Below, one piece after another: positions 7,347-15,829 of a stretch of 39,286 nt of DNA. Position 1 is the first letter of the stretch, and each line of letters begins with the position of its first letter. This stretch comes from a virus. Lineage: Duplodnaviria > Caudoviricetes. The translations under genes were made by a program, and so were the position numbers. A model generated the notes under the pieces. It was not told where the DNA came from. It saw nothing but the letters and a program-made list of their open reading frames with translations, and did no database searches. The DNA lies in IMG/VR virus record IMGVR_UViG_3300024283_000063, positions 1 through 39,286 of that record. One strand, written 5' to 3'.

Positions 7347-8011
7347 ACGATATGTCGCGCACGATAGTCCCCAAATCAGACCAGCTTAACGCTGACGATC
7401 TGCTCGCCGGCCCGATAACTATCACCATTTCCGGCGTTGAGATTCGCCCCGGTCAAGAACAGCCAGTATCCATTTTCTACGCAGGCGACAACGGCAAGCC
7501 GTACAAGGCATGCAAATCAATGTGTCGCGTGATGGTGTCCGCATGGGGCGCAGACGCATCGAAATACGTTGGCCGATCCATGACGCTATTCTGCGATCCA
7601 AAAGTGAAATGGGGCGGCATGGAAGTCGGCGGCATACGCATCAGCCACATGAGCGACATTGACGGCACGATGACAATGGCGCTAACCATGACGCGCGGGA
7701 ATAAAAAACCGTTTGTCGTCAGGCCGCTCAAACCGAATTCCGCGCCACAGTCGCAGCCGCCAGTTGCCTCGCAGCCCCCCGCTGCGTCTGGCGGGACTGG
7801 TGGCGCGGAACCTGCTGACGAAGCACTGATATCCGCCCGCAAGCAAGCTCAGGACGCCTACGACAATGCCTCGCGTGAAGTGAAGCGGCTATTCGACGCA
7901 ATGAACGAAGGCGGCAAGCCAATCCCGCAGATGACCGAGAAGGGCGCCACGCGAGCATGCGCTTGGCTCAAGGCGGAAATCGACAAAGAAGCGGCGTCGC
8001 AGACCGAATAA
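7343..8011 (+). CDS. Exonuclease-partner protein, candidate ssDNA annealing/binding protein
   Basis: Coupled to YqaJ; IVPKSDQLNADDL...WG.D..KYVGRS.TL..DP.VKWGG..VGGIRISHMS domain, Pro/Gln linker, small C-terminal domain. Confidence 0.65.
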   Translation: MNDMSRTIVPKSDQLNADDLLAGPITITISGVEIRPGQEQPVSIFYAGDNGKPYKACKSMCRVMVSAWGADASKYVGRSMTLFCDPKVKWGGMEVGGIRISHMSDIDGTMTMALTMTRGNKKPFVVRPLKPNSAPQSQPPVASQPPAASGGTGGAEPADEALISARKQAQDAYDNASREVKRLFDAMNEGGKPIPQMTEKGATRACAWLKAEIDKEAASQTE

Positions 8012-8035
8012 TCAGACCACAGGCAAAGGATCAAC

Positions 8036-9091
8036 ATGACCACAGAATTAACGATATCCGAACGCTGCGCCGTAGCCCTAAAAGCCGACGCACGCCGCAA
8101 GCAATTCACCGAACTGGCCGAGAAGTCCAAGGACATCGTTGCCATTACCAACCCGGCCAGCTACCAGGAGTGCCACTCCGCGCGCATGGCTCTGGCTCGC
8201 CGTCGCATCGAAGTGACCAAGGAAGGCAAGGAAGTTCGCGATGACGCCGTGAAATTCCAGAAGGCGGTCATCGAACTGGAAAAGGAACTGATCGGCATCA
8301 TCGAGCCGGAAGAAAAGCGCCTTGATGCCATCCAGACCGCGCACGACGAGCGCATCGAAGCCGAGAAACAGGCCAAGATACAAGCCGAGCGCGACCGCAT
8401 TGCCGCCGAAGCTGCTGCCATCAAAAAGGCCGAGGAAGATCGGCTTGCTGCCGAACGTGCCGAACTGGATCGCCTGCGCGCCGAGCATGAGCGCAAGGTT
8501 GCCGAGGCGCTTGATGCCGAGCGTCAGGCGCAATTACGGATTGAAGCCGAGCAGCGAGCCGCCCGCGAGCGTATCGAGGCAGAGCAACGTGCCGCGCGGG
8601 AAAAGATCGAGGCCGAACAAAGGGCGGCGAGGGAGGCGGCATTGAAGGAAGCCGAACGCCTGCTTGCCGAACAGCGGGAAGCGCAACGCATAGCCGATGA
8701 AGCTGCCGCCAAGGTGCGCGCAGAGCAAGCCGAAAAAGACCGCCAGCAGCGCGAGGAACAGGCCAGAATCGACGCCGAGAAACGCGCCATTGAGGATGCC
8801 CAGCGGAAGGAGCGCGAGCGCCAGGAAGCGCTTGCAAGGGCTGACCGCGAAAAGAAAGACGCAGCCGAGCGCAAGAAGCAATCCGCTGCCGAAGCAAAGG
8901 CCAAGGCTGAACTCGATGCGAAGGAAGCAAAAGAGCGTGAAGCCGCACGCAAAGAAGCTGAACGCGCAGACGCATACGGCATGCTCAAGTTGTTCTGCGA
9001 GCGGCATGGAAGCGTGGCCGAATTCGCGCCCATCGTTGCGGCAATCAATCAGTTTGTCGAGTCGCGCGAGCAGGTTAAAGCAGCGGCATAA
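8036..9091 (+). CDS. Long coiled-coil protein
   Basis: AAGGA RBS; 351 aa rich in E/A/R/K. Confidence 0.8.
   Translation: MTTELTISERCAVALKADARRKQFTELAEKSKDIVAITNPASYQECHSARMALARRRIEVTKEGKEVRDDAVKFQKAVIELEKELIGIIEPEEKRLDAIQTAHDERIEAEKQAKIQAERDRIAAEAAAIKKAEEDRLAAERAELDRLRAEHERKVAEALDAERQAQLRIEAEQRAARERIEAEQRAAREKIEAEQRAAREAALKEAERLLAEQREAQRIADEAAAKVRAEQAEKDRQQREEQARIDAEKRAIEDAQRKERERQEALARADREKKDAAERKKQSAAEAKAKAELDAKEAKEREAARKEAERADAYGMLKLFCERHGSVAEFAPIVAAINQFVESREQVKAAA
8537..8635 (+). repeat. Three 33-bp in-frame tandem repeats
   Basis: (R/K)IEAEQRAARE x3 with synonymous divergence. Confidence 0.8.
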
Positions 9092-9096
9092 CCATC

Positions 9097-9288
9097 ATGC
9101 AAATCCCACTACCCGAGCAGCTCAAATCCGTGCAGAGAGAAATAAAAATGCGACTGTCTGTTTATCCGCGATGGGTCGCATCAGGTCGCATGCCGCAGGA
9201 GAAGGCGGATTACGAAATAGCTTGCATGCGGGCGGTTGCTGACACGTTGGCAGGGATTGCGGAGAGGGCGCCTGGGAGTTTGATATGA
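9097..9288 (+). CDS. Hypothetical phage protein
   Basis: EQL..V.REI.MR..VYPRWV..G.M...A..EI..M.A motif seen in phages. Confidence 0.7.
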   Translation: MQIPLPEQLKSVQREIKMRLSVYPRWVASGRMPQEKADYEIACMRAVADTLAGIAERAPGSLI

Positions 9289-9662
9289 GCGACCAAAAAG
9301 ATGCGAGCGCCACGCCGAGGACGCGAGAAGTTGAATCTAAACATAAGGCATATGCATATACTGGAGACAGAAAGCCCCTTCAATCGTGGCCTGAATTCGC
9401 CCGCCAACTAGAAACCGAGCTTGCGTCGGCGCGGCGGGAGATAGCAGCGCAGAAAGTGTTTGAGGCAAGCTACCATAAGGTGCTCGGAGACTTGGAGCGC
9501 GAAATCGCCGCCCTCGATGCGACGATTGACACGATCATAAAATCATACGATATCGCAGGTCGGCTGGAAGAAGCTGACGAGGAATATGCAGCCGCCACAC
9601 TGTGCCTTGACCTTGCTATTAACGCTGCCCGCGTCCAATCCACGCAGGCGAAGGGAGGGTGA
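9285..9662 (+). CDS. Hypothetical protein
   Basis: ATGA overlap, GGGAG RBS; FARQLE.EL motif. Confidence 0.65.
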   Translation: MSDQKDASATPRTREVESKHKAYAYTGDRKPLQSWPEFARQLETELASARREIAAQKVFEASYHKVLGDLEREIAALDATIDTIIKSYDIAGRLEEADEEYAAATLCLDLAINAARVQSTQAKGG

Positions 9663-9663
9663 G

Positions 9664-10068
9664 GTGAGCGACGAACGTTTTTGTTATGACTGCAAAACGC
9701 ATTTGCCAATATCTATGTTCTATAAAAATAAAGGCGCGCATGGTGGGCTGTGTACGAGGTGCAAGCTATGCTCAAGGATAAGAAACAAACATCTTGACAG
9801 GAGAGTAAGCAATGCAAAAAAACAGCGTGATTATGTGCTTAGATATCCAGAAAGACAGTCTGCAAGAAACGCCGTGAACAAGGCTATTTTACGTGGCGAA
9901 ATAAAAAGACAGCCTTGCGAAAAATGCGGAGAACAATTGGCTCATGCGCACCATGATGATTACTCAAAACCACTTGATGTTAGATGGCTCTGTCACGCCC
10001 ATCACGTTGAGGCTCACACCGGAATGATACCGCTCCATTTGAGACAACAGGAAAATGCTCATGGATAA
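9664..10068 (+). CDS. Zinc-finger/HNH-like endonuclease
   Basis: C..C...F.KNK....G....CK.C and PCEKCG...AHHDDYSKPLDVRWLC..HH; AT-rich; GTG start. Confidence 0.75.
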   Translation: MSDERFCYDCKTHLPISMFYKNKGAHGGLCTRCKLCSRIRNKHLDRRVSNAKKQRDYVLRYPERQSARNAVNKAILRGEIKRQPCEKCGEQLAHAHHDDYSKPLDVRWLCHAHHVEAHTGMIPLHLRQQENAHG

Positions 10069-10564
10069 AACCACCGAAAACGAAGCGCTGCGCAAGCGAG
10101 CAACTGAATTGGCTATGCAACAACTTAACGTAAGCAATCTAAGCAATCAGGCTTATGAGACTATAGCCGACCTCATGCTCGCCTTTGCCGCCGAACAGCG
10201 CGCGTCGGCGAGGGCGGAGGCTATTGCGGAGTGTGCGAAGGTATGTCGCGACCAGAAGTTAGGCGTCAGCAGACGGCATGATTACACACGAGAGGAATGC
10301 GCCGAAGCCATCTCCCGCCTCTCCCCTGCCGGCGATCGCGTGCTGCTGCCTATGGAGGAATCTGCATGGGTTATCACGCGCGACATGGGGTGCGATGGTC
10401 TGGGATATTTTGAGGGCGTGAAATTTGTCACTGACAATCTGAAGGCTCTGCGCTTCTGTCGGAAAGTGGACGCCGATAAGATGCTGAAGTATTTGCACGG
10501 AGGCCAGCCAACAACAGACAAAGTTGAAGAACACCTGTGGCTAGACGCCGCGCGGAAGGACTGA
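10061..10564 (+). CDS. Hypothetical protein
   Basis: AIAECAKVC...ECAEAI and ALRFCRK.DA...EEH.W motifs. Confidence 0.65.
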   Translation: MDKTTENEALRKRATELAMQQLNVSNLSNQAYETIADLMLAFAAEQRASARAEAIAECAKVCRDQKLGVSRRHDYTREECAEAISRLSPAGDRVLLPMEESAWVITRDMGCDGLGYFEGVKFVTDNLKALRFCRKVDADKMLKYLHGGQPTTDKVEEHLWLDAARKD

Positions 10565-10565
10565 C

Positions 10566-10802
10566 ATGGACGCCGTAGACCAAGCCCGCGAATACCTAGA
10601 CGCCAAGCACCGTATTTATTGCAAGCTCGAAATCCGGCGCATCATCGACGGACTTCTGGCGGTGATCGAGCCGCCGTGCCCTGCCTGTAATGGCTTGGGC
10701 ATGATCGATGGAGTTATCGTTTGTCCGGATTGCGCGAAGTCGCCGCAGGATGTGCTGGAGGCTGTGCGGGCGGCGCACCATATGATGGTTGGTGAGAAAT
10801 GA
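10566..10802 (+). CDS. Small CxxC-CxxC protein
   Basis: AAGGA RBS; CPACNG.G....CPDC. Confidence 0.6.
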   Translation: MDAVDQAREYLDAKHRIYCKLEIRRIIDGLLAVIEPPCPACNGLGMIDGVIVCPDCAKSPQDVLEAVRAAHHMMVGEK

Positions 10803-10984
10803 CCGACACCGCAATCGCCTGCTGCCCATTCTGCGGCGACGCCGATCCCGCCATAGACGAAGTTGATTCTGGTTGTTGGGCAATCTGCTGCAACGGTTGC
10901 GGGTGTATCGGGCCGATTGAGAACTACGACAACGCGAAGCAGTCGCCTGAGCGGGCTATTTTGCTTTGGAATGGGCGGAAGTGA
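10799..10984 (+). CDS. Lar-like restriction alleviation zinc-ribbon protein
   Basis: CPFCG...ICCNGCG..GP...AI..WN.R. Confidence 0.7.
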   Translation: MTDTAIACCPFCGDADPAIDEVDSGCWAICCNGCGCIGPIENYDNAKQSPERAILLWNGRK

Positions 10985-11289
10985 TGAGGATAAGGGTGGA
11001 GCATTTTTCGGGTGATTATTTCGTGGTGAAATACTCTCTGCATTGGTATTCGCCGGAGAACACTGTAGAGGAAGGGGATCTAAATTTCAGCAGCCCTTCG
11101 CTTATCACGCGAGCGGGGAGGCCCGTTTTATTCAAATTCTCTGACGCTGAACAATTCGCCAAAAGCGCCACCAAAGAAAGTTTAATCGCATATCAGGAGA
11201 AACTAACCGCTGATTATGATGATGCGATGGCGAAGGCTTACGCTAAATTAGCCTCGAATGCGGCCAAAGAATTCTCTATAAAAAAATGA
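10981..11289 (+). CDS. Hypothetical protein (AT-rich)
   Basis: GTGA overlap with the Lar-like gene. Confidence 0.55.
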   Translation: MMRIRVEHFSGDYFVVKYSLHWYSPENTVEEGDLNFSSPSLITRAGRPVLFKFSDAEQFAKSATKESLIAYQEKLTADYDDAMAKAYAKLASNAAKEFSIKK

Positions 11290-11311
11290 CCACCAACCAC
11301 AGAGGGTTGAT

Positions 11312-11554
11312 GTGAGCGGGCCGCTTATCACGCTTGAGCGGTGGCTTGAATCCAATTACGCCGAAACCGGCCGGCCGACTATCGGCACGGCAAGACGCTG
11401 GGCGAAAGCAGGCAACATTCAGCCGCGCCCGGTCAAAAACGGGCGCAGCTACTACCTTACCCAGAACGCGGTCTATACTTCAGGCAGATCATCGCTTCTG
11501 GGGAGGCTGCTACGTGAGACCGAGGAACAGGGGAAACATGGACTTGCCGCCTAA
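11312..11554 (+). CDS. xis: Lambda-type excisionase
   Basis: ITLERW...Y...P...T.RRWAK.G.I.P.PVK.GRSY; overlaps int. Confidence 0.85.
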   Translation: MSGPLITLERWLESNYAETGRPTIGTARRWAKAGNIQPRPVKNGRSYYLTQNAVYTSGRSSLLGRLLRETEEQGKHGLAA

Positions 11555-12605
11555 CCTGCGGGACCGCGCCGGGTATTTTTCGTGGACGAATCCGCAGAAC
11601 GGCCGGGAAATGGGCATCGGGCGGGTATCCAGATCCGACGCCATAGCGCAGGCTCGAGAAGCGAACGCATGGGTTGCCACGCAGCGCAGCCCTGTAGCGC
11701 CCAGGTCCCAAGGCACGCGCACCATAGCTGGGTTTGTGCCACGCTACCTTGAATTGTTAGATAGAAAAAAATTATCTGATTCAACACGTTACGGTAGACG
11801 TCAGCAGATCGCCACGATAAACAAGGAGTTGGGCCATGTGGTCATCGGCGCGAGTCAGGAGGCTGTAGCGGACGTTACCCGCCAGTGCGCTGAATGGCTA
11901 CGCGTCTACGAGGACGCCGGTAAGCTGCGCATGGCAAAAGGGCTGCGGTCCACCCTCAAGGACTTCTTCGGGGATGTGGCTGCGGCCGGCTGGACCGCGA
12001 TCAACCCGATCACGGTCATCAGCCTTGGAGTTCCGGAAATCAAGCGGGCGCGGCTCACGCTCGAGGCTTTCCATGCGATTTACGAAACCGCCAAGAGTCA
12101 CCACCCTTGGGTATGCCGTTCGCTCGAGCTTGGGATTGTCGGCGCCCAGCGGCGTGAAGATACCGCCAGAATGGGCTTCAGAGACCTACGGGATGGATGG
12201 CTGTGCGTCGTTCAACGCAAGACGGGTATGAGGCTCCGGATACCGCTGACGCTGCGCCTCGAGGCCGTAGGCTGGTCGCTGGCCGATGTTGTGGCCCGAT
12301 GCCGCGACAGCGTTGTATCGCCGCGCCTGCTGCACCATACGGCCCATAAGGGACTCGGGAAACCTGGTATGGGCATTCACCCCCAGACGCTCGCCACGGA
12401 GTTCGCCAAGTGCCGCGACGAGGCGCGTATCGCGGCCCCGGATGGAATGCGCCCGCCGAGCTTCCACGAACTGCGCTCGCTCGCCGCGCGCCTGTACCAC
12501 AAGCAGGGCTACAACCCGCAAGCCTTACTCGGGCACAAGCAGGCCGAAACGACAGAGACCTACAAGGACTCGAGGGGCGCGGAATGGGTTGATGTGGCGG
12601 CGTAG
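11514..12605 (+). CDS. int: Lambda-type tyrosine integrase
   Basis: Arm-binding N-terminus LPPNL...YF.W.NP; catalytic R (QRRED), K (QRKTG), HELR, LGH, Y; GGGAGG upstream of GTG 11514. Confidence 0.92.
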   Translation: MRPRNRGNMDLPPNLRDRAGYFSWTNPQNGREMGIGRVSRSDAIAQAREANAWVATQRSPVAPRSQGTRTIAGFVPRYLELLDRKKLSDSTRYGRRQQIATINKELGHVVIGASQEAVADVTRQCAEWLRVYEDAGKLRMAKGLRSTLKDFFGDVAAAGWTAINPITVISLGVPEIKRARLTLEAFHAIYETAKSHHPWVCRSLELGIVGAQRREDTARMGFRDLRDGWLCVVQRKTGMRLRIPLTLRLEAVGWSLADVVARCRDSVVSPRLLHHTAHKGLGKPGMGIHPQTLATEFAKCRDEARIAAPDGMRPPSFHELRSLAARLYHKQGYNPQALLGHKQAETTETYKDSRGAEWVDVAA

Positions 12606-12823
12606 TTCAGGAGAGGAACCGGAGGAATTCCGGAGAGCGCCTGCAAGTAGTTGATTTGGAAAGGCGATTTTTACTTACCGATATCGCCCATATAGCAATA
12701 AGAGCGCCGCGCTTTTGCCAAACAGATCAATAGTTTACAGTATGATTGTGGTCTGTGCGAAACGTGCGAAAATGTGCTTTCGTGATCCAATAGAATCAAA
12801 CACTTAGCATGTGGTTCTGGAGA
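12606..12823. other. attP region with arm-type repeats and IHF sites
   Basis: TTCNGGAGA at 12606, 12628 and 12815 (degenerate copy at 12617); WATCAANNNNTTR at 12644-12656 (minus) and 12794-12806; near match at 12725-12737. Confidence 0.75.
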
Positions 12824-12829
12824 AAATAA

Positions 12830-13042
12830 TTGGCAAAGTTTATCGGGTTACTCAGATACGCTAAGTTGCGCAACAGGTATGTCGCGGAATTGATCGCGGC
12901 AGGCGTGTGGAGAAAACTAGACCGCATCTGGTTTTTTCATCCGACGCCGGTAGAGACAAAGGCTGACGAATTTATTTTGCTGCTGTTTAGCGATTGGCGA
13001 TTCACGTTGGCGGCGTTTCACGAAAAGATGCCAAATAAATGA
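12830..13042 (+). CDS. Hypothetical protein
   Basis: 70-aa ORF with TTG start after GGAG, coupled to the next ORF. Confidence 0.4.
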   Translation: MAKFIGLLRYAKLRNRYVAELIAAGVWRKLDRIWFFHPTPVETKADEFILLLFSDWRFTLAAFHEKMPNK

Positions 13043-13254
13043 CAGCCCCGAAACGTATGTCTCCGTACAGTGACTTTGCCGAAGGCGACTATGTCACGCG
13101 CGACGGCACCGACACGCACCTATGCGTGAATCTCGACGAGGATGGGTTTGCAGGAATTTTCCGATGCGTAAAGGCTCCGGCGTCTGGCTGGTGCATAGTT
13201 GGGGAGGCGGAGTATAACCTTTCCCGACGATATAGTTTCGTTCCGCCTATTTAA
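13039..13254 (+). CDS. Hypothetical protein
   Basis: 71-aa ORF with ATGA overlap. Confidence 0.5.
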   Translation: MTAPKRMSPYSDFAEGDYVTRDGTDTHLCVNLDEDGFAGIFRCVKAPASGWCIVGEAEYNLSRRYSFVPPI

Positions 13255-13319
13255 CTTTAGCCTGCCCGCCTATCCAACGCTTTCCGGTATCCAGATCCAC
13301 TACTGCCGTAGCGCCCTTT

Positions 13320-13817
13320 TCAACGATTGCCCCATCTGGTATCGCCGCCGAGTTTTGCGCTTTCTGATAGCGTCATCTTTGGCATCGTTAACATCCTTTC
13401 CGCGTCATACCCCTTGTAGTATCGACGCGCTAGGCATCTGTAATTTATTCCTGTTATTTCAGACCATTCACCCAATGGGCGCGATTCTCCTTTGAATGTA
13501 ACGAATACAGTATTGCGACGATTCCTTACTTGCGTTTTACTCGTCGCCCATCTGCAATTTCCAAACTCGTAGTTTCCGTTCTCGTTTATGCGGTCAATAG
13601 TAAGGCCATCAGGTACTGTGCCCATATCAGTAAGGAAGTTCCTGAAATCGTGCCACCGCTCACAAACCACGATTCCGCGCGCTCCGTAATACTTGAAATT
13701 CCTATCACCTGCCCGATAGCAGCGCTGCATCATCGAACGCCAGCATGTATAGGTTTTTGATTTTCTGTCGCCGGAAGTATGTCCGTGACGATTCGAGATA
13801 GAATTACCTGCAGCCAT
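13320..13817 (-). CDS. Free-standing HNH-type homing-endonuclease-like protein
   Basis: TY..W.SM.QRC......YG.RGI.VCERW..F.NF..DMG......TIDRI...GNYE.GNCRWAT...Q..NRR. Confidence 0.85.
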   Translation of the reverse strand: MAAGNSISNRHGHTSGDRKSKTYTCWRSMMQRCYRAGDRNFKYYGARGIVVCERWHDFRNFLTDMGTVPDGLTIDRINENGNYEFGNCRWATSKTQVRNRRNTVFVTFKGESRPLGEWSEITGINYRCLARRYYKGYDAERMLTMPKMTLSESAKLGGDTRWGNR

Positions 13818-13880
13818 GTTCGTTCCTTTTCAACGATTGTGGTTAGGGACGGCGAGCGTTAGCGCGTTCGCCTGTTCCCG

Positions 13881-14369
13881 CTATTTTACATCAGCGGCCC
13901 ATTTTTTTGTGGAATCTAGACCTACGGTGCTCGCTGTGCCTTCGTCAGCAAGGCGTCGCGCGCCGTCAACCAGTCGCTTAGTAATTTCTCCATCCTCTCG
14001 CTGATAGATGGCCCGGTCGAAGCAGGCAAGGTCATGACGGTTGGAACTGGCGGGGGCGGCGGGCAGACCGTGGCTACGACTGTCGGCTGCGACGCGCAAG
14101 CTGTTAAGAGCAATGGCAAGAGCGCCGCTAGTTTTCGCATATTCCGCATCGGCTTTTTCCTTCCTCCGTTTATCGATTTGGGCTTGCGCTATGGCCCGCT
14201 GTTGCGCCGCTGCGCCCTCTGCGGCTACCTTGGCCTTGAAATCGGCATATTCGCGCTGTAGAGCCTCGTAGCGGATATTGTCGTGCTGGCGCATCTTCAG
14301 GGCGCCGAAGCCTGCCACGGCCGCCAGCAGCAGCGCTATAGCGGCCCATCGACCCCACCAGGGCAGCAT
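13881..14369 (-). CDS. i-spanin (Rz-like)
   Basis: N-terminal TM followed by coiled coil; start 14369 (TAATG overlap) or 14387. Confidence 0.75.
   Translation of the reverse strand: MLPWWGRWAAIALLLAAVAGFGALKMRQHDNIRYEALQREYADFKAKVAAEGAAAQQRAIAQAQIDKRRKEKADAEYAKTSGALAIALNSLRVAADSRSHGLPAAPASSNRHDLACFDRAIYQREDGEITKRLVDGARRLADEGTASTVGLDSTKKWAADVK
13922..14140 (-). CDS. o-spanin (Rz1-like lipoprotein) embedded in i-spanin
   Basis: MRKLAALLPLLLTAC lipobox, Pro-rich mature part, different frame inside the i-spanin gene. Confidence 0.8.
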   Translation of the reverse strand: MRKLAALLPLLLTACASQPTVVATVCPPPPPVPTVMTLPASTGPSISERMEKLLSDWLTARDALLTKAQRAP

Positions 14370-14566
14370 TAAGCCGAGAAGTGGCATGGCGCGGAAAGTC
14401 TCGCTTTGGTTATCCCGGCGCCGCTCTGATGCCGGTCGATGTGCGGCGCGACCTCGATCCACTTCCCGCGCTCCAGCAGCATACACGGCATCCCCGCCCT
14501 TGAGTGGCACGTAGGGCACGATACCGCGCGCCAATCGTAGCGGGCGTCCAGGTGCCAGTTACGCAT
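14369..14566 (-). CDS. Small zinc-finger protein
   Basis: AVSCPTCHSRAG.PC...PH..R; overlaps both neighbours. Confidence 0.55.
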   Translation of the reverse strand: MRNWHLDARYDWRAVSCPTCHSRAGMPCMLLERGKWIEVAPHIDRHQSGAGITKARLSAPCHFSA

Positions 14567-15173
14567 GATCTACACCGCTTTGAACGTCGGTGAAGTCACT
14601 CCCGGCCAGCAAAGCCGCGTGATACTTGCGCCCGTAGTCGGCAATCTTCTCCGCGCAGTCGGTGCCGTTGATGATCCTGCGCGCGTTCACCCAATCGCCC
14701 TTGGTTTCGTTGAAATAGTTTTTCAGACTGACCCCGGTAAACCAGCCGTCGCGCATTCCAAGGAACATGATCCGAGCCGCGTTCGCCGGCTCCATCGCCA
14801 GTTCCGGGTAATGCAGCAGGTCAATCCCGAGCAGCCCCCCGGCTTTCTGGTAGTTTTCGTACCAAGTCAGTTGAACATACCCCCGCCCGTAAAATATTTC
14901 CGGCGTGTCGATGTAGGTTGATCCGTTCTGCTTCAATCTTTGGTCGTACATCCTTCCCTTGCCGTGACCGTATTCGGCTATCGGCTGCATGGTCATGGCG
15001 GTTTCGTGGTGCGCGGTGGCGAGCATGTAGGCCAGCTTGCGTTCGTCTGGTTCGTTCCATCCGCCCTCCCAGGCATCCAGAATGCCGGTGATGCCGTCAA
15101 CCTGCGATTGCAGCATTTTGGCGGCGAATAGGTTTGTGCGGACGTAATCGAAAAACGATTGGCGGTTGATCAT
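14559..15173 (-). CDS. GH19-family endolysin
   Basis: AYMLATAHHET...PI.E...YGRGYVQLTW.ENY...ARRIING.D. Confidence 0.88.
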   Translation of the reverse strand: MINRQSFFDYVRTNLFAAKMLQSQVDGITGILDAWEGGWNEPDERKLAYMLATAHHETAMTMQPIAEYGHGKGRMYDQRLKQNGSTYIDTPEIFYGRGYVQLTWYENYQKAGGLLGIDLLHYPELAMEPANAARIMFLGMRDGWFTGVSLKNYFNETKGDWVNARRIINGTDCAEKIADYGRKYHAALLAGSDFTDVQSGVDHA

Positions 15174-15183
15174 GGCGTAATCC

Positions 15184-15477
15184 TCATTTCGCTATCTTCC
15201 GCGCGCCTGGCGCATCCTTGCGCTTCAAAAAATTGCACATATGGCGCGTCAGGAAGGCTGCGAGCCCGATCCAGAGCAGCGAACCTACGTTGCTCACCGC
15301 CTCGGACGTGCCAGAGATCACCGTTGCAAATCTCCCGAATGAAGCGACGGCGATTACCGCCAGAGCGACTCTGCCGATTAACCCGTCCTCGTAGTCTGGA
15401 TGCAATACCAAAACGCAGCACACAACAAAAACAACCAGCGCGCAGAACACTACCAAATCAGCCAGCGCTATGTTCAT
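15184..15477 (-). CDS. Three-TM membrane protein (holin/antiholin candidate)
   Basis: Three hydrophobic segments and a basic C-terminus, directly upstream of the endolysin. Confidence 0.65.
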   Translation of the reverse strand: MNIALADLVVFCALVVFVVCCVLVLHPDYEDGLIGRVALAVIAVASFGRFATVISGTSEAVSNVGSLLWIGLAAFLTRHMCNFLKRKDAPGARKIAK

Positions 15478-15815
15478 TTGCCGCCTCCGATCTTGAAGCT
15501 GGCTATCGCCTTTAACATTCCAGACCAGTCTGTGTCCTTGATGAGTTTCATCACCGCCGCGGCGACCGCCATGCCGAACAGGCCAAGCGTCAGGGCTATT
15601 CCTGATTCCAGAGTCGGCTGACGAACTTGTAAAAAATATGCCGCGCCCTCAGATCCCCAAGACGCTATAGCCCAGCCGCCGACAAAGGTTGTCCAGCGCT
15701 CCCACGTCTTGAGGTCATCGAAGAATCGCAAGCTGATGAACGCGCCCATAGCGCCCGCGATCACCACTTTGAATTTAAGTCCGGCGGCTGCTAAAAATGC
15801 TTCGAGCCATTCCAT
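15474..15815 (-). CDS. Holin-like membrane protein
   Basis: AAGGGA RBS; AGAMGAFISLRF...F.GG...LGLFGM; several TMs. Confidence 0.7.
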   Translation of the reverse strand: MEWLEAFLAAAGLKFKVVIAGAMGAFISLRFFDDLKTWERWTTFVGGWAIASWGSEGAAYFLQVRQPTLESGIALTLGLFGMAVAAAVMKLIKDTDWSGMLKAIASFKIGGGK

Positions 15816-15829
15816 GTTGTGTCCCTTTG

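Noticed and set aside
12671-12697. Minus-strand CYMGDIGK* as a host-gene fragment identifying attB
   Set aside because: Too short to assign without a search
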